In this document: positions 49,748-60,950 of the stretch, in pieces
How positions within the stretch are numbered: position 1 is the stretch's first letter
Layout of the letters: each line of letters starts with the position of its first letter
NCBI GenBank assembly: GCA_963699755.1
Contig: CAVOVB010000002.1
Location: 704,001 to 768,000, forward strand
DNA from: an uncultured delta proteobacterium
Lineage (GTDB): Bacteria; Myxococcota_A; Polyangia; Polyangiales; Houyiibacteriaceae
Reading direction: 5' to 3'
DNA length: 64,000 nucleotides
Made by a program: the position numbers and the translations under genes
The notes under the pieces: model-generated
Databases searched by the model: none
Told to the model about the DNA's origin: nothing
What the model saw: the letters and a program-made list of their open reading frames with translations, nothing else

Positions 49748-50572
49748 ATGACGTCGAGCGTGACATTGTTGACGGAGCGCGAAGAAATGGCGCAGCAGTG
49801 GCGAGACGCGCTGCGCAAGCACGACGTCGTGCCAAAGATTGTGGCGCCGAGCGATCTGGCGAACGCAGTCGACGGTCAAGTTGCAGTCATCGTCGATGTC
49901 GACGGCGCACGACTCGATTCCGACGGGCTCTTGTCGACCCTGGGCTTTGTGCGCGCGTCCGGTGTCTTGCCCATCGCTCACCTCGAGCGCGGTCGCGACA
50001 CAGTGGAAGACCTCATCACAGAGCTCTGCGACGGGCTCGTCACGAGCGCGGCGTCAGAGGTCGAACGCGTTGCCGCGGCCATTGCACGGCGAGCAGATCG
50101 GGGACGGCGCCTCCGCTTGGAGTTCGTCACGGTCTCCCCTTGCAGCGATGAGGTCTTGGCCGTGCTCGGCAACGGCGATGCTGAGCTTCACCGTCGGCCG
50201 ATCGACGCGTCCGATGACGGCTCCGAGATCATCAGCATCACAATTGATCCGAGTGCGACCAAAGCTACGCTTCAGCTGGAAAGCGGAGCGCTGTGCCAGT
50301 TGACGGTTGCGTCGATGCACATGGCCCCCGAGATGACGAGTGGACGAGGCGACATCGCATTCGATGGAGAGCGACTCGGCGCACGTCTTCGCGAGCTTCG
50401 TCTCGCAGCGGGCCTCACGCAGGCGGAGCTGGCGCGTCGCACGGGCATCCATCGTCCGAACATAGCGCGGGTCGAAGCAGGTCGGCACACGCCCTCGCTC
50501 GAAACGCTGGCGCGCATTGCCAACGCGATCGGCGTGTCGACCACGCATGTGTTGGTACCGCGCAAATCATGA
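49748..50572 (+). CDS. XRE-family HTH regulator with N-terminal receiver-like and central beta-rich domains
   Basis: C-terminal LRELRLAAGLTQAELARRTGIHRPNIARVEAGRHTPSLETL; GGAGG RBS. Confidence 0.85.
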   Translation: MTSSVTLLTEREEMAQQWRDALRKHDVVPKIVAPSDLANAVDGQVAVIVDVDGARLDSDGLLSTLGFVRASGVLPIAHLERGRDTVEDLITELCDGLVTSAASEVERVAAAIARRADRGRRLRLEFVTVSPCSDEVLAVLGNGDAELHRRPIDASDDGSEIISITIDPSATKATLQLESGALCQLTVASMHMAPEMTSGRGDIAFDGERLGARLRELRLAAGLTQAELARRTGIHRPNIARVEAGRHTPSLETLARIANAIGVSTTHVLVPRKS

Positions 50573-51402
50573 CGGGCGGAACGGCCGAAAAACCGATCGA
50601 AGACGCATCGACCGTCATCGTCTTGCGCCAAAGCGACGCGGGGATCGAGACCTTCTTGCTGTGCCGACACCAGCAGAGTGGCTTCATGGGGGGAGCCCAT
50701 GTGTTTCCCGGTGGCAAGGTCGACGCAAGCGACAGAGAGTCCGGCTGGCTCGGACGAATCGACCGGTCCGGAGAAGCGCTCAGCGAAGGACTTGGCGAGG
50801 CAGACGCCAGCTCGGCACTTGGTCTGCTCGTCGCCGCGGTGCGTGAGACCTTCGAAGAAGCAGGCGTCCTCTTGGCGAGCACCGTGCACGGCGCCAACTT
50901 GGCGGAAGCTCGAGAGCAGCTTCACGCTGGCGCTTCGTTCTTCGAGCTCGCGAACCAGATCGACATGAAGATCGAGTCGACCGCGCTCACCCCCTATGCA
51001 CGTTGGATCACGCCGAAGCTCGAGAGCCGTCGCTTCGATACGCGCTTCTACGTCGCCGTGCTCCCCGAAGGACAACGCGCGTCGCACGACGGGACGGAAA
51101 CCACGTCCGCCGCGTGGCTGCGGCCTGCCAACGCAATCGACAACATGTTGGCCGGACGAATCAAGTTGGCGCCGCCGACCGTTCGAACCTTGCAGTGGCT
51201 CGCGGATTTCGACGAGGCAGAGGCAGTGATCGCCGATGCACTCTCGCGGAAGCCCCCCTTGGTACGACCTCGCATCGTAACCGGTGACGCGGGATGGTTT
51301 CTGGCGCTTCCAGGCGACCCGGAGCATCCTGAAAACCAGGCCGTGCTACCGGGCGCGACGCGGATGATCTTCGACGGCGGCGCCTGGCGAGATGCACGCT
51401 AG
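50569..51402 (+). CDS. Nudix hydrolase (split Nudix box, NUDT19/CoA-pyrophosphatase-like)
   Basis: VFPGGKVD...AAVRETFEEAGV, WITP...RRFDTRFY, PPT. ATGA overlap with the upstream gene. Confidence 0.88.
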   Translation: MTGGTAEKPIEDASTVIVLRQSDAGIETFLLCRHQQSGFMGGAHVFPGGKVDASDRESGWLGRIDRSGEALSEGLGEADASSALGLLVAAVRETFEEAGVLLASTVHGANLAEAREQLHAGASFFELANQIDMKIESTALTPYARWITPKLESRRFDTRFYVAVLPEGQRASHDGTETTSAAWLRPANAIDNMLAGRIKLAPPTVRTLQWLADFDEAEAVIADALSRKPPLVRPRIVTGDAGWFLALPGDPEHPENQAVLPGATRMIFDGGAWRDAR

Positions 51403-51483
51403 CCTGTTCGCTAGGCTACAGTTTTTCCAGTTTTTTCCGGTTATCCCTTGTGTCGCGCGGCGTCGAGCCCTTACCCAAGAGGG

Positions 51484-52059
51484 ATGGTGCCTCGAGCCCG
51501 AAAGCACAAGGACCTGTTCACGGCATCGCAAATCGCGCGTTTCTGCCAGGTCGATCTGAAGACGATCCACAACTGGGCCGATCGAGGTCAGATCGCCCAT
51601 TTCCGAACGCCGGGTCGACACCTTCGGTTCCGGCGCCCGCACATCCTCGACTTCCTGCGCAAGTATGGCTATCCGATTCCGGATGAGCTCGAGGCCGGGC
51701 GGCCGCGAGTCGCCGTGCTCATCAATCGGAAGCGCACCAAAGAGGAAGTGGTCGCGGCACTGAGCGCTGCGTTCGACGTGGTCGACTACCCCGACCCACT
51801 CGATGGTCTCCTTCGAATCGGCGAGCAGCCACCCGACGCGATCGTGCTGGCCGCCAGGATTGGTCATCTGAGCGGCACCAAAATCATCGAGGCACTCAAA
51901 CGGAGCAGCCACACGCAGCACATACGCGCCATCCTGTTCGCTAGTGACCAAGCGGAAAGGCAAGCAGCGCTCGAGGCGGGCGCCTCGGCTCATGTGGGCG
52001 AATCGGACCTGCTCGGGTTGAGGGACACGCTCGCGGCCCTCATGGGAGTCCGGCACTGA
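51484..52059 (+). CDS. Excisionase/MerR-like HTH fused to a pseudo-receiver domain
   Basis: FTASQIARFCQVDLKTIHNWADRG...RTPGRHLRF. The REC-like part reads PDAIVLA (no phospho-Asp). Confidence 0.85.
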   Translation: MVPRARKHKDLFTASQIARFCQVDLKTIHNWADRGQIAHFRTPGRHLRFRRPHILDFLRKYGYPIPDELEAGRPRVAVLINRKRTKEEVVAALSAAFDVVDYPDPLDGLLRIGEQPPDAIVLAARIGHLSGTKIIEALKRSSHTQHIRAILFASDQAERQAALEAGASAHVGESDLLGLRDTLAALMGVRH

Positions 52060-52149
52060 CGCCCAGCCACCGAGGACTGTCCGCGTAACGGGACACGGGG
52101 GCTGCGGTGAACAGTTGCGAACGGGGGGAACCTGGCGTACCCCGCGCAA

Positions 52150-52806
52150 ATGTCCCTCAACGCCCTCAAGTTCGACGACCAAGGTCTGGTGGCCGTCATC
52201 GCGCAGGATGCCGAGACCGGCGAGGTTCGGATGATGGCATATGCGAACGAGCTCGCGATTCGTCGCACCCTCGAAACGGGCGTGGCGCACTTCTACAGCC
52301 GCTCGCGGCGTGAGCTTTGGATGAAGGGCGAGAGTAGCGGGAATACCCTCGAGGTTCGGAGCATCTGGGTCGACTGCGACGGCGATACCCTGATCTACAT
52401 GGTCGATCCAGCCGGTCCGTCCTGTCACACTGGCGCCGACACCTGCTTCTTCCGGCGTCTTCGGGCGGAGGGCGACCCGATCGAGGGCGAAAGCGCGGCG
52501 CCAACGCTCCTCCGTCTCGAGCGAACCCTTCAAGCGCGCAAGGCCTCGAACGCCGGCACGAGCTACACCAAGTCCTTGCTCGATGCGGGGCCCACGAAGA
52601 TCGATGCGAAGCTCCGTGAAGAAGCAGGGGAGCTTGGTCAGGCCCTCATCGAAGAGCCTGTCGAGCGAGTTGCCTCCGAAGCAGGGGATCTGGTCTACCA
52701 CCTGCTCGTCGGCCTGGTGCTTCGTGACGTTTCGCTTCGCGCCCTATGCGCCGAGCTGTCGCGGCGCTTCGGCCAATCCGGGCATGACGAAAAGAAGTCG
52801 CGCTAG
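52150..52806 (+). CDS. hisIE: Bifunctional phosphoribosyl-AMP cyclohydrolase / phosphoribosyl-ATP diphosphatase
   Basis: SRSRRELWMKGESSGN, DCDGD, GPSCHTG..TCF, SYT, KLREEAGE, EAGDLVYH. Confidence 0.96.
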   Translation: MSLNALKFDDQGLVAVIAQDAETGEVRMMAYANELAIRRTLETGVAHFYSRSRRELWMKGESSGNTLEVRSIWVDCDGDTLIYMVDPAGPSCHTGADTCFFRRLRAEGDPIEGESAAPTLLRLERTLQARKASNAGTSYTKSLLDAGPTKIDAKLREEAGELGQALIEEPVERVASEAGDLVYHLLVGLVLRDVSLRALCAELSRRFGQSGHDEKKSR

Positions 52807-52811
52807 GGCGA

Positions 52812-53300
52812 CTAGTTGAGGATCTCGTCGATATCGCGCTCGATGGTCTCTTCGCGGACGCGGCGGGCGAGTGCTAGCTCGGTGATGAGAAGCTTACGCG
52901 CTTGTTCCATGAGCTTCTTCTCGCCGTAGCTGAGCTCGCCCTTTTCGGAGCGCACTTTCGCCAAATCTCGCAAGACCTTCGCGACCTTGATCGGAGAGCC
53001 GCTCTTGAGCATCTCTGTGTACTCGCGGTAGCGACGATTCCAGGGCTGTGAGGTCACCGCCACTTCGTCCTTCTTGAGCTCTTCGAGCACCGTCTTAGCG
53101 GCGCTGCGTGACATGACCTGCCGAAGTCCGACCCGATCGACCGCGTTCAGGGCCACTCGGATCGTCCCAGATTTGCCGTTCGCGAGCTTGAGGATATAAA
53201 AGTCGATCTTGTCCGAACCGATCAGCCGCTCCTCGATTTGAGTGATCTCACCGACCCCGTGGGCCGGATGAACTGCCTTGTCGCCTATGCTGAAGCTCAT
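52812..53300 (-). CDS. carD: CarD/CdnL family RNA polymerase-binding regulator
   Basis: FSIGDKAVHPAHGVG, WNRRYRE, VLRDL, LSYGE. Confidence 0.93.
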   Translation of the reverse strand: MSFSIGDKAVHPAHGVGEITQIEERLIGSDKIDFYILKLANGKSGTIRVALNAVDRVGLRQVMSRSAAKTVLEELKKDEVAVTSQPWNRRYREYTEMLKSGSPIKVAKVLRDLAKVRSEKGELSYGEKKLMEQARKLLITELALARRVREETIERDIDEILN

Positions 53301-53331
53301 GAAATCACTCTCCTCTGGGTCGAAAACGACG

Positions 53332-53354
53332 AAAACCCGCGCCGGGAGCGCGGG
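53332..53354 (-). terminator. Intrinsic terminator-like hairpin within the carD 5' leader
   Basis: CCCGCGC-TCCCG-GCGCGGG followed by TTTTCGTCGTTTT on the minus strand. Confidence 0.55.
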
Positions 53355-53403
53355 CAGGAAACTCTTCGCCGTTGGGTGTGCAAACGAATCCGTGCACTTG
53401 AGC

Positions 53404-53432
53404 TGTATAGCAAAACCCGACCTGGAAGTCAA
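53404..53432 (-). promoter_or_regulatory. Sigma70-type carD promoter
   Basis: TTGACT-N17-TATACA with TG extended -10 and a T-tract in the spacer. Confidence 0.7.
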
Positions 53433-53527
53433 TGCTTACTTTTCATCAAACGCTTGTGATTTCAAGGACTTAAACGCTTTTCAGACCCTGTGTTCCGGGG
53501 CGCCCGCGGGCAGCCCGGACAAGGCGT

Positions 53528-54616
53528 TCAGTTTGGCCGCGGGCGCTTGCTCGCGCCGTCCTTCGCCGAAGCGGGTAGATCCACTTTGGCTTCAGCCTGG
53601 GAGGGGGCCGCCTTGTCTTCTTCGACGAGCCCATGCTGCTGAAGCAGCTTGCGTTCAACCGAGGCGAGAATGTCGGGATGCTCTTCGAGGAAAGTGCGCG
53701 CGTTATCTCGGCCCTGGCCGATGCGCTCTTCACCGTGGCTGTACCAAGCGCCCGACTTGTTGATGATGCCGGCTTCGACCCCGAGGTCGAGCACGTCGCC
53801 TGTACGGCTGATGCCCTTACCGAAGAGGATATCGAACTCACATAGACGGAACGGAGGCGCGAGCTTGTTCTTGACGACTTTGACGCGGCAACGGTTGCCG
53901 ACCGCCGCGTCGCCGACTTTGATCGTGCCGATACGGCGAATGTCTATGCGCTGCGAGGCGTAGAACTTGAGCGCGTTGCCGCCGCTGGTGGTTTCGGGAC
54001 TCCCGAACATCACGCCGATCTTCATGCGGATCTGGTTGATGAAGAAGAGGGTGGTGTGGCTCTTCTGGAGGTTTCCGGTGAGCTTTCGAAGCGCCTGGCT
54101 CATCAAGCGCGCCTGAAGACCGACGTGGCTGTCGCCCATCTCGCCTTCGATCTCGGCGCGAGGCACCAGGGCTGCGACCGAGTCGATGACGATCATGTCG
54201 ACCGCGCCCGAGCGGACGAGGGTGTCGGCGATTTCGAGCGCCTGCTCGCCGTTGTCGGGCTGGCTGACCAGGAGCTCGTCGACGTGTACGCCCAGCTTAC
54301 GGGCGTAGCTCGGGTCGAGGGCATGCTCGGCGTCGATGAAGGCCGCGATGCCGCCTTTTTTCTGGCACTCGGCGATCGCATGGAGGGTCAGAGTCGTCTT
54401 GCCGCTCGACTCCGGGCCGTAGATCTCGATGATTCGGCCCCGCGGATAGCCCCCCACGCCCAGAGCGAGGTCGAGGGAAATTGCCCCACTCGAGATCACG
54501 GGAACCTGGATTTTGGCGGATTCGTCGCCTAGGCGCATGATCGCGCCCTTTCCATAGGCTTTCTCAATGGTTCCGAGGGCTAGGTTGAGGGCTTTTTCGC
54601 GGTTCGAGTCGGCCAT
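53528..54616 (-). CDS. recA: Recombinase RecA
   Basis: [52 protein letters not shown]. Confidence 0.99.
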   Translation of the reverse strand: MADSNREKALNLALGTIEKAYGKGAIMRLGDESAKIQVPVISSGAISLDLALGVGGYPRGRIIEIYGPESSGKTTLTLHAIAECQKKGGIAAFIDAEHALDPSYARKLGVHVDELLVSQPDNGEQALEIADTLVRSGAVDMIVIDSVAALVPRAEIEGEMGDSHVGLQARLMSQALRKLTGNLQKSHTTLFFINQIRMKIGVMFGSPETTSGGNALKFYASQRIDIRRIGTIKVGDAAVGNRCRVKVVKNKLAPPFRLCEFDILFGKGISRTGDVLDLGVEAGIINKSGAWYSHGEERIGQGRDNARTFLEEHPDILASVERKLLQQHGLVEEDKAAPSQAEAKVDLPASAKDGASKRPRPN

Positions 54617-54642
54617 GGCGTCAATTCCTTTGGGTGAAACTA

Positions 54643-54681
54643 CCTGAACACCCGTCTAGTCGGCTTCCTTACCTTAGTCAA
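54643..54681 (-). promoter_or_regulatory. recA promoter with an overlapping Myxococcus-type LexA (SOS) box
   Basis: CTAGACGGGTGTTCAGG (54643-54659) matches 15/17 positions of the M. xanthus consensus CTRHAMRYBYGTTCAGS (recalled) and overlaps the -10 of TTGACT-N17-TAGACG. Confidence 0.75.
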
Positions 54682-54801
54682 GTTCGTGCCGGCGGATGAC
54701 GGAGCGGCCCAAGGAAATGCCCGCTGCGTCCCCCCAGGTCTGCATAGGTCCGTACCCTACCCCGACCAGGTCTCGACAGCGAGAGGAGACCGACCCGAGT
54801 G

Positions 54802-56061
54802 TCAGCGCCCGTCGAGGTCGAAGCTCCTACCTAGCGCTGCGCGGCGGACGAGCTCGAGCGCGATGTAGGCAGACAAGATCTGCACGCGATCTCGCCCCCA
54901 GGGGAGCTTCCGGTGCTTGGTGATCGTCGGCTCGCCCCTGCGCGCCAGGCCGAACCAAATGGTGCCGACCGGCTTGTCTTCGGTACCGCCACCGGGCCCG
55001 GCGATGCCGGTGATCGATACGGCGATGTCAGCGCCGGCCACTCGAAGAGCGCCTTCAGCCATCGCAGTGGCCGTCTCCGAGCTTACCGCACCATGGGCGC
55101 GCAGGACTTCTTGGCTCACGCCTAGCACCGCTTCTTTGGCACTGTTGGCGTAGACGACCGCGTCGAGGAGTAGGTAGTCGGAGGCGCCAGGCACTCGGGT
55201 CAGCATCTCGCCGACCCGCCCACCCGTGCAGGATTCGGCCACCGCGAGGGTCTTCCCCTTGTCGCGGAGGGCGCGGCCCACCACTTCGGAAAACGAATCA
55301 TCGCGGCCGCCAAACACGGCGTCGCCGAGGAGGATGCGCACTTCCTCTGCTATCGAGTCCGACTGCCGCTCCGCCTCGACCGCGGAAGAAGCGCGCACGT
55401 GCACCTTCACCTCGATCTCGGGGAAGTGTGCGCGGTAGCCGAGGGTCAAGCCTTCGTGCTTCTTCTCGAGACCATGAAGCGCCTGGGCCACACCCGACTC
55501 GGTCATACCGAAGGTCCGGATATGCACCTGGTGGGTCCGAGGCTCTGCGAGCGGCGCGATCGCCGGTAGGATCGACTCAGCAAAGATCCGCTTCATCTCG
55601 CGCGGAACGCCCGGCGCGAAGAAGAATCGCGCCTCGCCGAGGGTCATTGCGAATCCAGGAGCCGTGCCCACCGGGTTTGGGAGAACCTCTGCGCCCTCGG
55701 GAAAGTCGCCCTGTTTTGCGTTCGAGTCCGGCATCACGCGTCCGAAGGCCTCGAACTTCTGCCGAATTCCGTCGACGACGCGCTCGTTACGGCGAAGCCC
55801 GACGCCCGCTGCGCGTGCCGCCGCTTCCGTGGTGAGATCATCCGAGGTCGGGCCCAGCCCGCCTGTGACGAGCACGACCTGATGCAATTCCGCAAAGCGT
55901 TGTATCAGCGTCACGATTCGCTGCAGGTCATCGTCTACGGTCGCGTGCTCGGTGACTTCGAAGCCGAGCTTGGTCAGCTCTTCCCCCAACCAGGCAGCGT
56001 TTGTATTCACCAACTCACCACGGGTGAGCTCGGTGCCAATCGATAACACAGCGGCCGTCAT
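54802..56061 (-). CDS. cinA: Competence/damage-inducible protein A (molybdopterin-binding-like plus NMN deamidase domains)
   Basis: IGTEL..G...NTN, GGLGPTSDDLT, PGVPREM, AESCTGG, GAVS, GIAGPGGG. Confidence 0.95.
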   Translation of the reverse strand: MTAAVLSIGTELTRGELVNTNAAWLGEELTKLGFEVTEHATVDDDLQRIVTLIQRFAELHQVVLVTGGLGPTSDDLTTEAAARAAGVGLRRNERVVDGIRQKFEAFGRVMPDSNAKQGDFPEGAEVLPNPVGTAPGFAMTLGEARFFFAPGVPREMKRIFAESILPAIAPLAEPRTHQVHIRTFGMTESGVAQALHGLEKKHEGLTLGYRAHFPEIEVKVHVRASSAVEAERQSDSIAEEVRILLGDAVFGGRDDSFSEVVGRALRDKGKTLAVAESCTGGRVGEMLTRVPGASDYLLLDAVVYANSAKEAVLGVSQEVLRAHGAVSSETATAMAEGALRVAGADIAVSITGIAGPGGGTEDKPVGTIWFGLARRGEPTITKHRKLPWGRDRVQILSAYIALELVRRAALGRSFDLDGR

Positions 56062-56176
56062 CTGGGTCGGGGAGTGTCCGCAATCGCTCGACCGGCGTCA
56101 ACCGCTTTGCCCTTAGGGGTGGATGTGGTAGCGAACCGGGAAGCTTTTGGGGGTTTCTCGCGTTGATGGGAGTCAG

Positions 56177-57553
56177 ATGAACCGGACATTGATGGGTAGA
56201 GCATTGGGGGTGCTGGTCACCGCCGCGACCTTCCTCGCAGGAAGCGAGGCCGCGGCGGAGCAGAACACCGCAGCGCTCTCGAACCTCCAGGTGAGCCGCG
56301 CATCCCTCGAAAACGGCCTGCGTGTCGTGATGAACCAGGACCATACCGTCCCGACGGTTGCCATTTCGGTCTACTACGACGTCGGCTCACGGAACGAAGC
56401 CAAGGGGCGCTCGGGCTTCGCGCATCTGTTCGAGCACATGATGTTTCAGGGCTCGGCCAATGTCGGCAAGGGCGAGCACTTCAGCCTGATCATCAATCGG
56501 GGCGGCAGCGCAAACGGCACGACGAGCAACGACCGGACCAACTACTTCGAGACCCTGCCCTCGAACGAGCTCGCGCTAGGGCTCTGGCTCGAGGCGGATC
56601 GGATGCGATCGCTGGCGATCACTCAGGAGAACTTCGAGAACCAGCGGATGACCGTCATGGAAGAACGGCGTCAGCGCATAGACAACCAGCCGTACATTCC
56701 GAGCATGCTGCGCATCAACGAGCTGGCGTACGGAGAGTACTGGCCGTACGCACACTCCACCATCGGGGACATGCAGGACTTGATCGACGCGCCCCTCGAA
56801 GCTGTCCAGCAGTTCTTCACTACCTTCTACGCGCCCAACAACGCGGTCCTGAGCATCAGCGGGGACTTCAACCCGGAAGAGGCGATGCGACTTGTCGAAA
56901 AGTACTTCGGTGAGATTCCCGCACATGAAACCCCTGCGTTCTCCGAGCCGGCCCCACCTGCGCAAAACGCGGAGCGACGCGAAACGATGTATGACGCGAA
57001 CGCGACGCTCCCGGCATTCCACGTCGCGTACCACATTCCCCCGAGTCGGACTCCCGATCACTATGCCATCGAGATCCTCGCGCTGGTGCTCGGCGATGGT
57101 GAATCGAGCCGGCTCTATCAAACGCTCGTGAAACAGAAGGAGATCTGCCAAGAAGTGGCTGTCGGAACCGACGACCGGCGCGGACCCGATCTCTTCTCGA
57201 TCTGGGCGGTGATGGCGAGCGGACACGCGCCAGACGAAGCTCAGGATATCATCCTGGCCGAGCTCCAGGCGATCGCCCACAAGGGCGTGACCGATCGCGA
57301 GCTCCAGAAGGCCAAAAACCGGATCGCCGCCGCCTTCGTGTTCGGGCTTCAGTCGAACATGTCGCGATCGCAGCGACTGGCGGAGTACGAGCTCTACTGG
57401 GGCGACGCGAACCTGCTCAAGTTGGAGCTCGACCACTACCTGGCGGTCTCCGTAGGCGACGTCAAGCGAGTGGCGCGCACCTATTTCGATGCGAGCCAGC
57501 GCACTGTGCTCGACGTCTTGCCCGGCACGGCGCCCAGTTCGGAGGAGAAGTGA
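56177..57553 (+). CDS. M16 (pitrilysin-family) zinc peptidase, catalytic subunit, exported
   Basis: HLFEH (HxxEH), NGTT..DRTNY, and a signal peptide. Confidence 0.92.
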   Translation: MNRTLMGRALGVLVTAATFLAGSEAAAEQNTAALSNLQVSRASLENGLRVVMNQDHTVPTVAISVYYDVGSRNEAKGRSGFAHLFEHMMFQGSANVGKGEHFSLIINRGGSANGTTSNDRTNYFETLPSNELALGLWLEADRMRSLAITQENFENQRMTVMEERRQRIDNQPYIPSMLRINELAYGEYWPYAHSTIGDMQDLIDAPLEAVQQFFTTFYAPNNAVLSISGDFNPEEAMRLVEKYFGEIPAHETPAFSEPAPPAQNAERRETMYDANATLPAFHVAYHIPPSRTPDHYAIEILALVLGDGESSRLYQTLVKQKEICQEVAVGTDDRRGPDLFSIWAVMASGHAPDEAQDIILAELQAIAHKGVTDRELQKAKNRIAAAFVFGLQSNMSRSQRLAEYELYWGDANLLKLELDHYLAVSVGDVKRVARTYFDASQRTVLDVLPGTAPSSEEK

Positions 57554-59100
57554 TGACTTCGCATCGACTTCGTTTCGCCGTCATCGCCCTTGGCGCGCCA
57601 CTGCTCTTGGCAGCCTGTACGGGGTCCACGGCGAGCAGCAGCGCCGAGCCCAAGTCCGCAGAGGATGTGAAGTCGACAGCTGTGCCTGAACGGCAGCCCC
57701 CGCCCGCGCCGAGCGAGTCCAAAGACATGTCGCTTCCGCCGGTGGTCATCACCGAGCTGAGCAACGGCATGCAGGTCAACACGATCGTAGCAGACGAGCT
57801 TCCGGTCGTGTACGCAACCCTGGTGGTGCGTAGCGGCGCCGAATCCGACCCGGCAAAGCTGCCGGGGCTGTCGGGCCTGGTCGCTCAAATGCTCAAAGAG
57901 GGCACCGTGAAGCGCTCGGGCGCCAAGATCGCCGAGGAGATAGAGTTCCTGGGCGCTGACCTTTGGGCCAGCTCGGACGAAGAAAACACCTACGTTGGCG
58001 TTCGGGCGCTCTCCGAGCAGTTCGACTTGGTCATGACCATCCTGGCCGAGGTCGCTGGAACGCCCGCCTTCAGCGACAAGGAGCTCGAGAAGCTCAAGCG
58101 GCGCGAGCTCGATCGCCTTGCGCTCTCGGAACGAGAACCGAGCTACATCGCACGCCGTACCTTCTATCGACAACTCTACGGCAAGCATCCGTACGCAACG
58201 GTCGACACCAATCCGGTGGCGGTCAAAAGGGTTCGCCGCCAGGACCTGGTGCGCTGGCATCGCGAGCAGTTCGTCGGCAAGAACGCCTTCTTGGTGGTCG
58301 CCGGAGATGTCGATCCCGCAGATGTGACCGAGGCAGCTCAAAAGACGCTTGGCGCCTGGAGGGCAGGCAAGCGCGCCGTCCCGACCTACGAAGAACCGCC
58401 GCGACCTACCGACCGCCGTATCTTGGTCGTCGATCGCCCCGGGTCGGTGCAATCGGTCATCTACATGGGGAATCTCGCAATCGCGCGCGCAAACCGGGAA
58501 TGGATTCCGTTGATGGTTGCCAATCAGGTCCTGGGCGGCTCTGCGGCGTCACGGCTCTTCATGGACCTTCGCGAGAAGCGGAGCCTAACCTATGGCGCAT
58601 ATAGCGCGATTAGCGAGCGCGTGGAGATCGGTCCCTTCGTCGCTTACGCCTCGGTTCGAACCGAGGTGACGGAAGAAGCGGTCGGTGCGTTTTTCGAGCA
58701 TCTCGAACGGATCAACCGGGAACCGGCCGAACCCGAGGAGTTGTTGAATGCGAAGAGGTACTTGAGCGACTCGTTCCCGCTCAAGGTCGACACCCCGGGC
58801 AAGCTGGCCGACTTGGTGGTCGAGCTCCGGACCTTCGGCTTGCCCGACGACTATTGGGACCGCTACCGCCAAGCGATCCGGAAGACGAGCGGGTCCGAGG
58901 CGCAGTACGTCGCGCGCAACTACATCAGGCCGGACGACTCCTTGGTTGTGATCGTCGGTCAGGCAGCGGATTTTGCCCAATCCCTACAGAAGTACGGGCC
59001 GGTGACCGTAGTATCGCCGGACGGGGAGGTGAAGGCGAAGTTCGAGGACAAGCGACCAAAAGCCCCCGGCTCTGGTGCGCGGCGCGGTGCGATCCATTAG
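57550..59100 (+). CDS. M16 peptidase non-catalytic subunit, lipoprotein
   Basis: Lipobox LLAAC, no HxxEH, substrate-binding R/Y pair in LREKRSLTYG. Confidence 0.9.
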   Translation: MMTSHRLRFAVIALGAPLLLAACTGSTASSSAEPKSAEDVKSTAVPERQPPPAPSESKDMSLPPVVITELSNGMQVNTIVADELPVVYATLVVRSGAESDPAKLPGLSGLVAQMLKEGTVKRSGAKIAEEIEFLGADLWASSDEENTYVGVRALSEQFDLVMTILAEVAGTPAFSDKELEKLKRRELDRLALSEREPSYIARRTFYRQLYGKHPYATVDTNPVAVKRVRRQDLVRWHREQFVGKNAFLVVAGDVDPADVTEAAQKTLGAWRAGKRAVPTYEEPPRPTDRRILVVDRPGSVQSVIYMGNLAIARANREWIPLMVANQVLGGSAASRLFMDLREKRSLTYGAYSAISERVEIGPFVAYASVRTEVTEEAVGAFFEHLERINREPAEPEELLNAKRYLSDSFPLKVDTPGKLADLVVELRTFGLPDDYWDRYRQAIRKTSGSEAQYVARNYIRPDDSLVVIVGQAADFAQSLQKYGPVTVVSPDGEVKAKFEDKRPKAPGSGARRGAIH

Positions 59101-59109
59101 AGTCGGAAC

Positions 59110-60942
<1,833 letters not shown>

Positions 60943-60950
60943 GGCGCGCG

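Noticed and set aside
51484..52059. Excisionase-like HTH as a sign of a prophage or integrative element
   Set aside because: It is fused to a receiver-like domain among housekeeping genes, with no integrase or att repeats visible.
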